Origin: Microthyrium microscopicum
Lineage: Eukaryota
Direction: 5' to 3'
DNA length: 64,000 nucleotides
Assembly (NCBI GenBank): GCA_010405405.1
Contig: MU004233.1
Location: 1,738,566-1,802,565 of the forward strand
Shown here one piece after another: positions 1 to 13,140 of the stretch (position 1 is its first letter; each line of letters opens with the position of its first letter). The position numbers and the translations under genes are program-made. Under the pieces are notes generated by a model. It saw only the letters and a list, made by a program, of their open reading frames with translations, did not search any database and was not told where the DNA came from.

Positions 1-859
1 GTTATTCCCAACCTAGTAAGTAGATAGTAATTAGTATAATTAAAGATACTTCGTATAAGTATATAGAATGTAATATACCTAAAACCTAATTACTACTAGA
101 ACTTTTATCTATCTATGCTTATAGTTATAGTATATATAATCTAGCATCTTTACTATAGTACTACAGCAAACCCTAACTATTGTTAAGCTAATAGTTCTAG
201 TAGTATATTCCTTATATAAAGTATCTATTATTCTTAACGTTTAAATATTAGTAAAGTTGTTAAAGTTCTCTCCTATATATAATAATATAATAAGCTGTAA
301 AGCAAGCGTGTTGTATGTATACTAGACATAAATATAGACATAATGTAGCGAGTTAATTTATTCTATTAATTATTACCTAGGTTTAATAAATAAAACTATT
401 TATAAGTATTATGTATTAATATTATCTATAACTATTAAAAAGATTAGTAGTAGTAATTATAAGTATAGTTGTAAGCTTACTGTAACGAAGTTATAGTACT
501 CTACTAATACTTTAGTACTAAAGGCGGATAAGTACGAATAAGAATATTAGAATTACGTATTGTATTATATAAAAGTTATAGCCTATTAAACTTATAATAT
601 GCCTTAGAGTCTTAAATTATACTATGCCTCTTTTAGTATAGCATTATAAACTATTTATACGTTTGTATTATTCTAAAAGATATTGCTTAACTTAATCTTT
701 AATTGTTTACTTCCTCTCTACCTCTCACTTTATTCTCCTTCTTTTACTTTCGATATATAGCTTTGTTTACTTATGCCTACTTTAATAAGCTATAGTATAG
801 TTCCTTATTTTAGGTTTTTTTTTTAGTTAGTTATCTCTAAATTTGAAGTTATATAAAAA

Positions 860-2000
860 CTAACGTTCTAATCTAATAAAACGGTAAATTACCGCCTAAT
901 GCGTTACTAGCTTTACTAATATAATCTTTAAGGTTGTAATTAGCTAAGTCTAGTTTACTATGCTACGTATTAAGCCTTCTAAGCGAATTAACGTAACTAA
1001 ATCCTAGCTTGCTTTTTAAATAAAGAAAGCAAAAGTAATTACTAAAAAGTCTACTTTAGCAAAACTAGAGCAAAGCGTACTATTAAAACTATAGAGCTAC
1101 GACGCAACGAGTAAGATTAATAACTCCCTAAACATAAATATAAAATAATACTATGTTACTAAGAATGACTACCTAAATAGGCTAGCTATTGTAGCGGACA
1201 ATATATTTAATACTATAGACGTTGTTAATTTTTACTTATTTAATAAATTAAAATACGACTTTTCTAACTAGTCTAACTATGACCTTATTAATATTTAATA
1301 GGTCCTCCTAATACAATTTGTATTTCTGAGATAGCTAATATACTTTATTACGTATAATAATTAGGAATTAAATAAGGTTTAAGACAAACTAATAATTATT
1401 AAAACTATAGATTTGTTTTATCTCTTTTAACCTTCTTATTGAGAAAGATATAGGAAATTCTTACTAGATCGTTATAGACCTACTATTTAATTCTTTTCTT
1501 ACTTATAAGTATTTAACTTTTAGAGATTTATTGCTTACTCTAATAAGGAGGTTATTAGGCAAGGTATATAAGAGAGCCTTAAGTAGGTTAGTTTAATAAC
1601 GCCTAACGTTTTTAAATTTATTTACTTTATAGACTTTATCTTATAGCTTGATTTAGCTCTAAAAGCTATTAAGGTTGTATTTCTTATAAAGTTTAGTAAA
1701 AATAACTTACTATAACTATATAAGCAATTATTAGATATTAGTAACTAATATTTAAGCTTTTAGGCGGGCGTAGATAAGAACTATTTTTAATATTAAGGTG
1801 TACTTATAGCTAAAGATTTTAATATAAATAGTAATAACTATTTTAGATAGGTCTTAATACAAGTAAGATTAATTTTTAGAAGGAAGCTTATAGTTCTTAT
1901 TAAGGATTTAATTTATCATTATATAAAGAAGAAAATTAAAATTCTTTACTATAGCGATATTATCTTTAGGATATAGTTAAATTACTTATACTAGAAGAAT
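860..2000 (+). pseudogene. RIP-degenerated coding relic, product unknown
   Basis: One frame reads protein-like (…KKAKVITKKSTLAKLEQSVLLKL*SYDATSK…) with stops mostly TAA/TAG, consistent with mutated CAR/TGG. No recognisable motif. Confidence 0.35.
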
Positions 2001-2639
2001 AGTCTATACTATATACTCTATTTATATTAATAATAAATAATCCTAAAGCTAGTCTTATTAATTTGTTTAGGATATCTACATCTACTAGAAGTTATACTAT
2101 AGTTAACATAATTTATAATAGGAGTAGCTAGGCACCTATATCATAATATTAAAATATATTAGTATAAGGTAAGTATTTAGGTAAGTATATATTTATAAGT
2201 ACCTTTAGTACTTATAAGTATATATACTTTAGCTACTACTAGGAACGAGAACGCTTTTAGTAATAAATATTTAAAAAATCTATTTTTACTTAAAGATATA
2301 AATTAATTACGGTATAAAGTTATCTTATAATTAATTATCTTGCCTACTAGTATATAAAATAATACCTTATCTCACAGTATTTAATCTTTTTAGTTATACT
2401 AATACTACTATTATTTCCTTTTCTTCTATACCTAATACTTTTTATTAGTATATATACTTAAATAATTCTAAAGATAGTATATACTAAGTATATATCTCTA
2501 TAGTACTTCTTATAGTAAGTACGTTATAATATAACTTATACTAATTATAGTATATTAATACTACCTAGGTATATAGTTCTTATAGAGCTAATTTAAACTC
2601 TAAGAACGTACCTAAACTTAGACTAAATAGACTTAACTA

Positions 2640-3640
2640 ACATAATATCTATTTTAGATGCTATAAGTATTAGCATAAATACTTAGCATAAATACGTTCT
2701 TAAACTAATTTAGTTATCTATTAACTATAAAGAAATTATAATAACTATATATAATGTATATCTTAGCGTTAATAGTAGTAATGCTATATTATAATAAAAG
2801 CCTTTTATATTATTCTTCTACCTTATAGCATAATACTACGTTATAGTACCTATAAGGTAGATTGCCTTAATCTACGTTAAAAAGCTAGAGTATAGTTTTG
2901 CTATGCTAGGAGAATAGTATATTTTAGAACTAGATAGCAAATATAGAGCTTCTAAAGTTAAGTTTAAGAGTCTCTTTAACTTTTTCTAATAGTTTAGTGC
3001 CTATTTTGATAGTAGTTTAAAGAACGCTAAAGCTAAAATATAGAGATTATAGAGTAATCTAAATACTCTTTATACGTAGAAGTCTTAGAGGTATAAGTAA
3101 AGCTTTAACGTAATGAAGCTAAGAGTTATAATAATAGATATTCTTACGAAATTCTCCTTACGTAAGGACTATACTATAAGTAATAGCTAGAACTTTTAAA
3201 ACGTAGACTTAGTTATAATACTAGAGTATACTATTAATACTAAAATTGTTTGCGCTAGATTTAATACGTTCTAGGAGGCTAGAATCTCTAATATTAATAA
3301 GATTTAAAGAATTAGGCTAAAGGCACTATAAGGTAGAAACTAATTAGGCAAGTTATATAAACTAGTAAGGAATCTAGCATGTAGTAAAACGGTATTAGTT
3401 AGTTACTATATCTTTTAGCACCTATTAACTTAACTACTATAATCTTATAATTAGATAGCATATAATACTTTTAACGTTAAGAAATAAGGAAAGTATATAA
3501 TAGTACCTCTTTATATAATATACTACTAATCGTAATAAAGGATAGAAATAATAAGATTATTATATCTAAGCTACTTTAGTATTTATAGTTAGATTAATTA
3601 GGATAGTTAGACTATAGTGTTAGCACCTATATATAAATTT
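2640..3640 (+). pseudogene. RIP-degenerated coding relic, product unknown
   Basis: Protein-like frame (…IALIYVKKLEYSFAMLGE*YILELDSKYRASKVKF…). No family recognised. Confidence 0.3.
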
Positions 3641-6600
3641 AAATATATGCTATAAGTGCCTTTCCTTTATTTAAGTTTATAATACTCTATTTAATGTATT
3701 TATATATAGGAACGTTAGCCTTATATATTATAAATTTATATCTAGTACCTTAATAATATAAGTAACTACCTATATACCTACTTATAGGTAGAAACGAACT
3801 AGGATATAAGGCCTATATATAGTAGCTAAACTACCTAATAGGGCACGTAAATCCTACTAGTATAAAATATAAATATATTTAAATAATAGTTACTACTTAA
3901 CGTTTATAATTTAATAAGAATAAACTAATTAATATAGTAATAAGTTATATATAATTAGAAAAAGTTACTTTTAAGTAGTATCGTATAAGCTAAGGTAGGC
4001 TGCTTGCTAGTTATTAATAAGTACTTTTAATATATTAGCATATAGGTTTTTGGTTAATATTTTATTTAATAGCGTAATTACCTCTTTAGGATAGTATCCT
4101 ATATACTTATATATATATCTAATTAATATATCTTATAGTAGTTTTGTTCCTAACCTTTTAAAACTACTTTAATACTAAAGTTTTATATAATACTTAGTAT
4201 ATATACTCTAGTAAAGCCTATAGTATAAGCATTAAAATACTAGTTAAATTAACTACTCTTACAGTATATAGATAACCTACCTAGATAAGGAAATACTAGG
4301 CAATAATAGTCTATCTTTTATACTAGATAATTTTAAGTCTTAATATATAGACAGATTTATTAAATACTCTATTATTACCTATAGACTATCTACGTTACCT
4401 TATATACCTACTATAAGTATTATCTCTAAATAGTCTTTGCCTAGCTTAGAGTTTTTGCTTAATAAGTCTATAGTATATATAGAAGTAGTAACCTCTAACT
4501 TTGTATAGATTACTTATTATTGCTAGCTAGACCTTAACTTAGCTAAACTTAAAGCTAAGTATATAGATTACCTTAATAAATACTACGTTAGCTTTAGAGA
4601 TATAAGAGAGTATTATAGCTTTAGCCATAAGTTGTTTAAAACTAATATTTATAAAGCTTTTTATAACTTAAGTTAATACGCTTTAAAGCAAATAGTATAT
4701 AACTTTTAAGATTCCTAAGTTAAGGCTAATTTTAACTAAATTTATAAAAAAGTTATAAAATAAGAGTTATTCTATAAATATAGCCTTATTTATAGTAAGT
4801 ATATAGATAAAGAATATACTACTCGCCTTAACGCTTAAGTAATATAGCTATATAAAAGATTAGTATCACGTTTAAAAAGCTAACTAAATTATAGCATTAT
4901 ATCCCTTAGTTATGACCTTTTTTAGGATTGCGGAATCTCTAAAGCTACTAAGTTAAAGGAAATAATAGATAAAGGCAAGGGTCTACTAGGATAAAATACT
5001 ATAGGAAAACTTTACAAGGAGATAGTTACTATTAGTAATAGTAATCTTCCTATGCTAGATATCTTTTTGCGTAGATAATCTATATAATTAGATATTAAGG
5101 ATACCTCTAGGATTTATAAGGATTATAGTTACTAGTCAAATTGTAGTTTATTTATTTAAAGTAGGACATTGTTAGTTACTAGGAATGTAGCCATTTATTT
5201 AATAGATCTTATTATCATATTATTAGTATATAATAGTTTATACGTAATTTCATAAGGTTAGGTCTTTATTAACTAAAATAAGAGATATATAATTTAGCTT
5301 TCTAAATAATCTCTAGTAATAATAATAGAAATTAAGGACATAGATATTAAACTTTAGAGTACTTAATCTTCATAAGAAAGTTGTTTTAGTTAGTAAGTTA
5401 GAATAAAACTAACAAATAGTAATAATAGCTACCTAATTAGCGCCTTCGCTATTACTTAATATAAATACTCTCTTCCTCTATTAATCTTACCTATTTCCTA
5501 TTGTTTTCTCTTTAACTAAAATTAACTACGCACTTAGTATATATACTCTAGTCGCTATTTATTACTCACTGCATTTACGTATACAATTACTTTATATAAA
5601 CTTTATTTAATAACTTAGTCTCTAAATTTATTAAATTAGCCTTTCTTAGAAGTTAAGCGCTAAGGGTAGGAGTAAATACTTCGTAATCTCTTCTTATAAA
5701 AATATTAAGTTAGTCTAGCAAGCCTATATATTTAGTATGTAGTAATCTTCCGCTTTTAGTATAGCATAATTAACGTACGTAATAATACTAATACTAATTA
5801 ATAGAGAGTTAGTACTCTATAATGGTAACCTACTAGTCTAAATAGGAAGCAATTTATAATCTTAAATTAAAATTCTTCTTCTATTTATTGTATTATAATT
5901 AGGATAATTAAGATAATTGTTATAAACCTACACTAGACGAAGAAATCTATCGTAATTTTATACTAAATGCCTCTATATTACTATTTATAGTTCTAGTATC
6001 TATCTTTACCTTCCTCGTTAGACATAGAGATAGCAACTTAGATATAGTATAGACTAAATAGAATTGTGCTTTAACGTTTAGATATAGTAAAGAAGAACTC
6101 TTATTTCTTAGTATTAATTATTTCTAGAGCTTTAGCAAAGCTTACTTTAATAACAATATATTAAAAGCTAAAGAAATTCTAAATAAGCTAGAAGAATATT
6201 AAGCATACTAGATTTATAGTTAATAGAAAAGAGGCTAATTTATTAATATTTAATGCAATATTATGCGTTTAGGACTAGCGTATAAATATAAACTATTAAA
6301 TACTTTGGGTGTATTATTAAAGCTAAAAAGTATCTTTCCTAAATAAGCAGCCATTCTTAAAGCTTATAGTAATAAAACGATTATTTATCTTAAAAAGAAT
6401 AGATACTAGCAGGCTAATATTAAATTAGCTGAGATAGTTAAAGAGTTTACTATACGTAGAGGTAATCCCTACGAAGGTAAAAATATAATAAGTGTACTGT
6501 ATAAAGAAGTAAGAGCAATACTTCATAGTAAGGAGAGCATTCTAATTATTTAAAACGTTTTAATTAAATAAAGGGAATAAGAGGTTAGTTATAATGAATT

Positions 6601-7399
6601 TGTTTTATCTCTATTGCCTTATTGACTTTTTAGATAAAGTATAGTAAATATTAAAATGTAAACTATTAACTAATATTTATGCTATTTATAGGTTAATAAT
6701 AATAAAGGTATAGTAGGTACCTAGGCTAGGTACCTAGGTACTTACGTAGGTAGGTATAGTAAGTAATATACGTATAAAGAAGGATATTAAATTGCTATAT
6801 TCTAGTAGAAAGTTATTTAATTAGACTAGTCTTTCTTTATCCTACAATAGATAAGAGCATTAATACTAACCTGCTATTCTGTACTATAATAGTAAGTTAA
6901 GATAGAATAATTATTTAGCTTATAAGTAATTAATATATTATTACTATATACTTACCTACTAGGCATCGTACCTACTTAGGTAAGTACTTAAGTAAGTACT
7001 TTTTATACTATATTAGACGTCGTTACTAAAGTTAAGTAGTAGTATATAGCGTTTTAGGTTAGCAAATTAACGTAGTTAGAAAGGCTTATAGGTTATATTC
7101 TAGCTATATATATCCTTATCTAACGTTAACTATATAGATCCTTTTTTTTCCTTCTTTCCTATACTCTATATAATTCTTTAGTATATATACTATATTTACT
7201 CCTAGGTGCTATTAAAACCTAGGATTATTTTATATATCCTTAGTTTATAAGAGCCTCTATATATACTAGATATACTACTCTAATAGATTTAAATAAATAT
7301 ATTATTTATAGAAGAAACTTAAAGTATATTCTTTAGAGCTTATTAGTAAGTATAGTTTAATATAAGTCTAGAATAGAAGATAATAACTAATTACTTATA

Positions 7400-8390
7400 T
7401 AGGACTAGTGCTATACTTCCTTAAATATAGAATCTAAATCTATACTACTAGTTAATATTAAGATTCTACTACTATTCTTTACTTATAGCCTAAGCCACAA
7501 AATAGAAAGCATACTATATAGATATAAAATTAGTATAAAACCTACTTATAACTTCCTTCTTAATAAATTAATTACGTAGTTCTAAGTCCTACTATTAGCA
7601 TTAGGCTTTATTTAGGTATATACAAATCGCTATCCTAGCGTCTATCTTAATAAGATAGAATTTTAATATATTCTTAACTTTAATAAGGCTAAGGAACTCA
7701 CCTTTATAAGTATAAATTACTTTCTTAACTTTTGCTATATATATTTTAAGGCTAGCGTTAAGGACGCTACTATTATTTTATATAATTACAACTTATACGT
7801 TAAATATCTAGATTTCTATACTCTATACTAGTTTAAATCTCTAGTAATATAGAATAAATTTTAAGAGATTCTTATTAATATAGTTAAACTAGGACTATAT
7901 TATAAGTTTAAGCTTAGTTTATTTAGTAACACCCTATTAGAGGTACCTACTAGCTAGAATAAGAAGAAAGCTTAACTTCTTCTCTTATTAGGAAGTATTC
8001 CTATTATATTATTAGGTTATAATAAGATTTAGCTAATAAAACCTATTAAAGAAGGTTAGGCATATAATTACTAAGGTGCTAAAGTAGATATAATACTAGT
8101 AGTTAAAGGATTTACGCTTTATAGTACTAGTAGACCTTTTCTAGGTTAGAATATAATAAGCAAATTATATAGTAAAGTAAGAGCTTTACTTAGTAGTATA
8201 GGTAAGATTAAAGAGATATAGATTTATAAGAAAATGTAATAAAGAATAGAGTATACTATACGTTGTCCTATTAGCTATTATAAACTACGTATATAGCTAT
8301 AATTACTAGTCCCTAGGCAAATAAAGTTATATAATAGGCCGTCTTATTTATACTAGAGGAAATAGACTATTACTTTAATAGAAAACTAAA
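7400..8390 (+). pseudogene. RIP-degenerated coding relic, product unknown
   Basis: Long protein-like frame (…YTNRYPSVYLNKIEF*YILNFNKAKELTF…). No family recognised. Confidence 0.3.
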
Positions 8391-8611
8391 GTTAATATTA
8401 TATTAAAAAGAGCATTACTAATATATTGCGTATTACTATTACACAAGTCTAAAGTATATACTATAATATTATAAATTATAGTTAAATTTTTATATTATAG
8501 TAAAACTATATAATAATATAAGACTAATAGTAATATTAGTAAATATACGTTATTAGGTCTTTTATAAATATTTAAATATTAATAGCACTATAAAAGCTAT
8601 TAATTAATAAT

Positions 8612-10235
8612 AAAGTATTTATATCTAGTATATATAATCTAGCAATCCCTAATATATAGTTATAAGCATTTTACCTCTAAATTATTCTACTTAAATATAA
8701 TTTTAAATAGTATCTAGTATATATACTCTAGCAATCTTTAATACGTAGTAATATTTTTTTAAAGCGTATCTATAAGTAACTTTACTCTCTAGGCGAGCTA
8801 ACTAATAGATTTAAGTCTTAGATAATAATAATAATGACGATTTGTACTACTCTTTTAAATTTAACGCTACTAGTAATAAAGATACTATGTTCTTTAAACG
8901 CGAAATACACGAATTTCTTTAGAAAGAAAAGTAAGGCAAGCTAGGAAGTAGGTATTTTATCTTAAAATTATTCTACTTAAATAAGTCATAAAGGATTAGG
9001 TAGCTAGTATGTATACTCTAGTAATTTCTAACGCGTAGTAATAGGCATTTCCTTTAGATATTTTTCTACTTAAATATAATATTAAATAGTATCTAGTATA
9101 CATAATCTAGCAATCTCTAATATATAGTCCTAAGTATTTTACCTTAAAATTATTCTACTTAAATAATTCATAAATAATTAGGTAGCTAGTATATATACTC
9201 TAGTAATCCCTACCATATAGTCCTAGGCATTTTATTTAGATATTCTTCTTCTTAAATATAGTGTTAAATAGTATTTAGTATATATAATCTAGTAATCCCT
9301 AATGTATAGTTATAAGCATTTTACCTTTAAATTATTCTATTTAAATATAATGTTAGATAGTATCTAGTATACATAATCTAGTAATTCCTAATATATAGTT
9401 ATAGGCATTTTACCTCTAAATTATTCTATTTAAATATAATGTTAAATAGTATCTAGTATNNNNNNNNNNNNNNNNNNNNNNNNNNNNNNNNNNNNNNNNN
9501 NNNNNNNNNNNNNNNNNNNNNNNNNNNNNNNNNNNNNNNNNNNNNNNNNNNNNNNNNNNNNNNNNNNNNNNNNNNNNNNNNNNNNNNNNNNNNNNNNNNN
9601 NNNNNNNNNNNNNNNNNNNNNNNNNNNNNNNNNNNNNNNNNNNNNNNNNNNNNNNNNNNNNNNNNNNNNNNNNNNNNNNNNNNNNNNNNNNNNNNNNNNN
9701 NNNNNNNNNNNNNNNNNNNNNNNNNNNNNNNNNNNNNNNNNNNNNNNNNNNNNNNNNNNNNNNNNNNNNNNNNNNNNNNNNNNNNNNNNNNNNNNNNNNN
9801 NNNNNNNNNNNNNNNNNNTAGTATCTAGTATATATACTCTAGCAATCTCTAATATATAGTCTTAGGCTTATTACCTTAAAACTATTCTACTTAAATATAA
9901 TATTAAATAGTATCTAGTATGTATACTCTAGTAATCCTTAATGCGTAGTAATAGAAATTTTATCTTGAAATTATTCTACTTAAATAAGTCATAAAGGATT
10001 AGGTAGCTAGTATATATACTTTAGCAATCTCTACTATGTAGTCCTAGGCATTTTATCTAGATATTCTTCTACCTAAATATAGTGTTAAATAGTATCTAGT
10101 ATGCATAATCTAGTAATCCCTAATATATACTCCTAGGCATTTTACGTCTAAATTATTCTACTTAAATAGAGCGTAAAAGAGTAGGTAGCTAGTATTTATA
10201 ACCTAGTAATACTTAATATATAATAATAGTATATT
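8612..10235 (+). repeat. Left tandem array, 89-93 bp unit, core TCTAGTATGCATACTCTAGCAATCCCTA; spans an assembly gap
   Basis: Cores start near 8624, 8713, 9004, 9092, 9185, 9274, 9363, 9452, 9824, 9913, 10006, 10095 and 10188, mostly 89 or 93 bp apart. Unrelated sequence interrupts the array at ~8760-8950. Confidence 0.95.
9460..9818. other. Assembly gap (N run) inside the tandem array
   Basis: Run of N flanked on both sides by the same 89-bp repeat unit. Confidence 0.99.
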
Positions 10236-10739
10236 ACTATCTATAACTTTAATATTAAGATACTATATATAGTAAGTAAAATAGACTATTAATAGTTTAT
10301 ATTAATATCTTTTATAATAAGAAAGTATAAGTACCTTTAGCAGTTAGTATATATAAGGTTTCATTAATTAAGGCTTAATAGCTATAGCTTTAGTACAGGT
10401 TATATAAAGCTCTAGAATCATTAGACTTAAAGACTTCTTTATACTATCTTTAACCCTTTTAATTAGTATATATACCCTAATAGCGCCTATTTTAATAGCT
10501 ATGTACTAACTCTAAGCCTAGCTAGCCTACTTTATCTTCTTAACCTTAGCTAGTAATACTACTACTATACTACCTATATACTATATTACAGCTCCTTAGT
10601 ACATATAAATTACTTTCTTATATATTAGTTAGCGTTAATATACTACGTATACGCTTACTAAGCTAGTTATAATTTAAAACTTAAAGAATTAATAGTACTA
10701 AATTTTCTATCGTTATATACTTAATCTATAATTAGCGAT

Positions 10740-11870
10740 ACGTTTAGAGTTATAAAACTAATAGTTTTAATAGCGAAGAAGATTAGCAAAAAAATTATAA
10801 AAAGATCGTCTATAGTAGCTACTAATAGAGCTATATTCAAAATAGCTACGCAACTAAGTAAACCTATAATATCCTGTACAAAGAAGCGTAAGCGCCTTAA
10901 TATAGACTATAATAAAATTATAGTAAATAGACTATGTAGCGCTTATATAGAGCTATACAAATAATACCCTTATACGCTTAACTTAAGTATTAATATGTTT
11001 TTTTTTTTACTACGTAGTAGCGTCGTTAAACGTAACTAAGTAGACTATATAATTAGGAAGCTTAGAAACGCTTATAGATAAAGAAGCAAAGCAACCTTTC
11101 CTTCTTTGCTAGCAGCATACTAGTTTAGTTGCATAATTTACTAAGGTTTTATTAACTACGCCATTAAAGGTCTCAAAAGGCTAAATAATAGAGGCAATAT
11201 ATAGGAACCTTACCTATTTACAAAAATAAAGATGTTAAAGGAAGAGTAGGATTTGTATAATTCTTTTAAGCGTTTTCTATAATTAAAGATTCTTAAGATA
11301 TAGTTTAACCCTTCTATTAATCTAGATTTAGCGTCGCATTTAGAGGCTACTAGGGAACGGAAAATTAGATATTTAGGTAATAATATATATTAGAAAATAG
11401 GTCATAATGAAGTCATTAGCCAGCAAGAGCTTAGCAATAAATAGGAGAAGAATTAGCATAAATGACTTATAATACAATAGCGCAATATTCTTTATTATTA
11501 AGATTACGTAAAAGCTTTTCTAGATCCTACTACATTGCTTAGAATCTAGGTACCTTTAGAAGATAATATAGAATCTAAACTAGATAGTATACTTATTAAG
11601 ATTAAAAACGAAGATATAGACATTATAGCATCTAAATAAAGAGGAAGGATATTACTCAATTTATAGATACAACCTAAATTGTAGTAAATATTATATAGAT
11701 TCTTTTATATATTAGATAGTATAGAAATATCGTTAGGTTTAGGTACGCTATATATTATGTATATAAGGTTCTAAATGATGTTAGATAATTGTCTAGAAAC
11801 GTATTAATAAAATTAAAAAAATCGTTTAGAAAACATTAGGCAAAAGAATAATTATTTTAAGTAATAGCTA
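10740..11870 (+). pseudogene. Coding relic with a possible Zn2Cys6-like N-terminal cysteine cluster
   Basis: 10871-10970 reads SCTKKRKRLNIDYNKIIVNRLCSAYIEL, which de-RIPs to C.KKRKR…DCDE….GPCSAC. The first Cys of a canonical cluster is not recoverable. A protein-like frame continues downstream. Confidence 0.3.
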
Positions 11871-13140
11871 ATAGTAGCAATTATAAGTTATAGCCTTAAA
11901 GTATATTAAGTTAGACCTACACCTAGAAGTTAACCTATACTTATAATATTATATTAAGTCTTATTAGTTAGTCCTCTTACCTATAATGTATCTTTTTAGG
12001 TGTTTAGTAACTAGTAGAGGGATTATTTATAATGAGGCGTTATAGAACGATATCTAATTTCTAACTAAAATTAAAGTAATAATGTAGTTACAATAGATAA
12101 TATTAATTTTTATAAAGAGAGTAGATAATAAAAAAGTTACCTTAATCTATAACTATACCTTATAATGCTAATAGATTAGGCTATTATATTAGCTTAACTA
12201 TTATCTAGTAGTAATCTTAGCGCTATTCTAATACGCCTTAGCGCTCTACTTTATATATTTAACTAACTTTTTATCGTTACTCTCTATCCTTTTAATATTA
12301 ACCTTCTTATATATTTAAAGCTTAGTAACCTAATTACTAACCTATTAGACTGATACTAGACCTAAGAGTTTGTTACTATTAGCCTTTAGAAGGTTCTAGG
12401 CTATCCTCCTATTTATTAAATCTTTCTTTTACCTTATTTCTACCTATAACGTTTCCTTGACTCTTTTATAACTATTGATTTCTTTGTCTATTACTTATTA
12501 CTTTAACTAATAGTAGGTATAATCTAGGTTTATTGCTTAGCTGCTATACTTTTTTATTGTTTAGACTAATAATTTGTTTAAAGATATTTACTACTAGTAT
12601 AATCCTTATTCTAGTAGCTTTTAAGGTAAGTTTAATTTATATCCTGCCCTAAAACTATGATACTAACTTATATCTTATAGAAGACTTGTGTTTAATATTA
12701 CTATTAGAGAACGGTATAATTAGCTTTATAAGGTTACACGTAGCCTTAGCGTCTTTCTTTTTAGGAGCGTTATTTTATTATTAACTTCTTACTTAGTCTA
12801 GAGCTTGTACTTCTTTCGTATTATTTTCTATATAACCTACAACCTTTACTTTATAAACTTTATTGTCTTAAATAGTATATATATTATAGGCTCTATTTTA
12901 TTCTATCTTAACTAACTAGCCTACTAGTAAAACTAATACTCTTTACTAACTCTATTATTTAGTATATTATTACCTACTTGTCTTACTATATTATGCCCTA
13001 TCTATTAAATTAACATATTGCTATAGCGGAATTCTATTGTATACGTTATCTATACCTTGTGCTATTTAGTCTTGTTAATAAACTACTTTATAATCCTTAC
13101 TATACTGTAATCCTAATTTGACCCTACTAAATATAAGGAA

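Noticed and set aside
160..180. Telomeric repeat (AACCCTAAC) suggesting a subtelomere, given the RecQ gene
   Set aside because: Only an isolated hexamer. There is no (TTAGGG)n tract in the window.
7620..7665. YPSVYLNKI (HPGVYLDEM) as a Tc1/IS630 transposase motif
   Set aside because: It is a single short match with no downstream DDE motifs or TIRs recognised.
8612..10235. CRISPR array (palindromic repeat plus spacers)
   Set aside because: The spacers are near-identical to each other, the DNA is eukaryotic (introns, RIP), and there are no cas genes.
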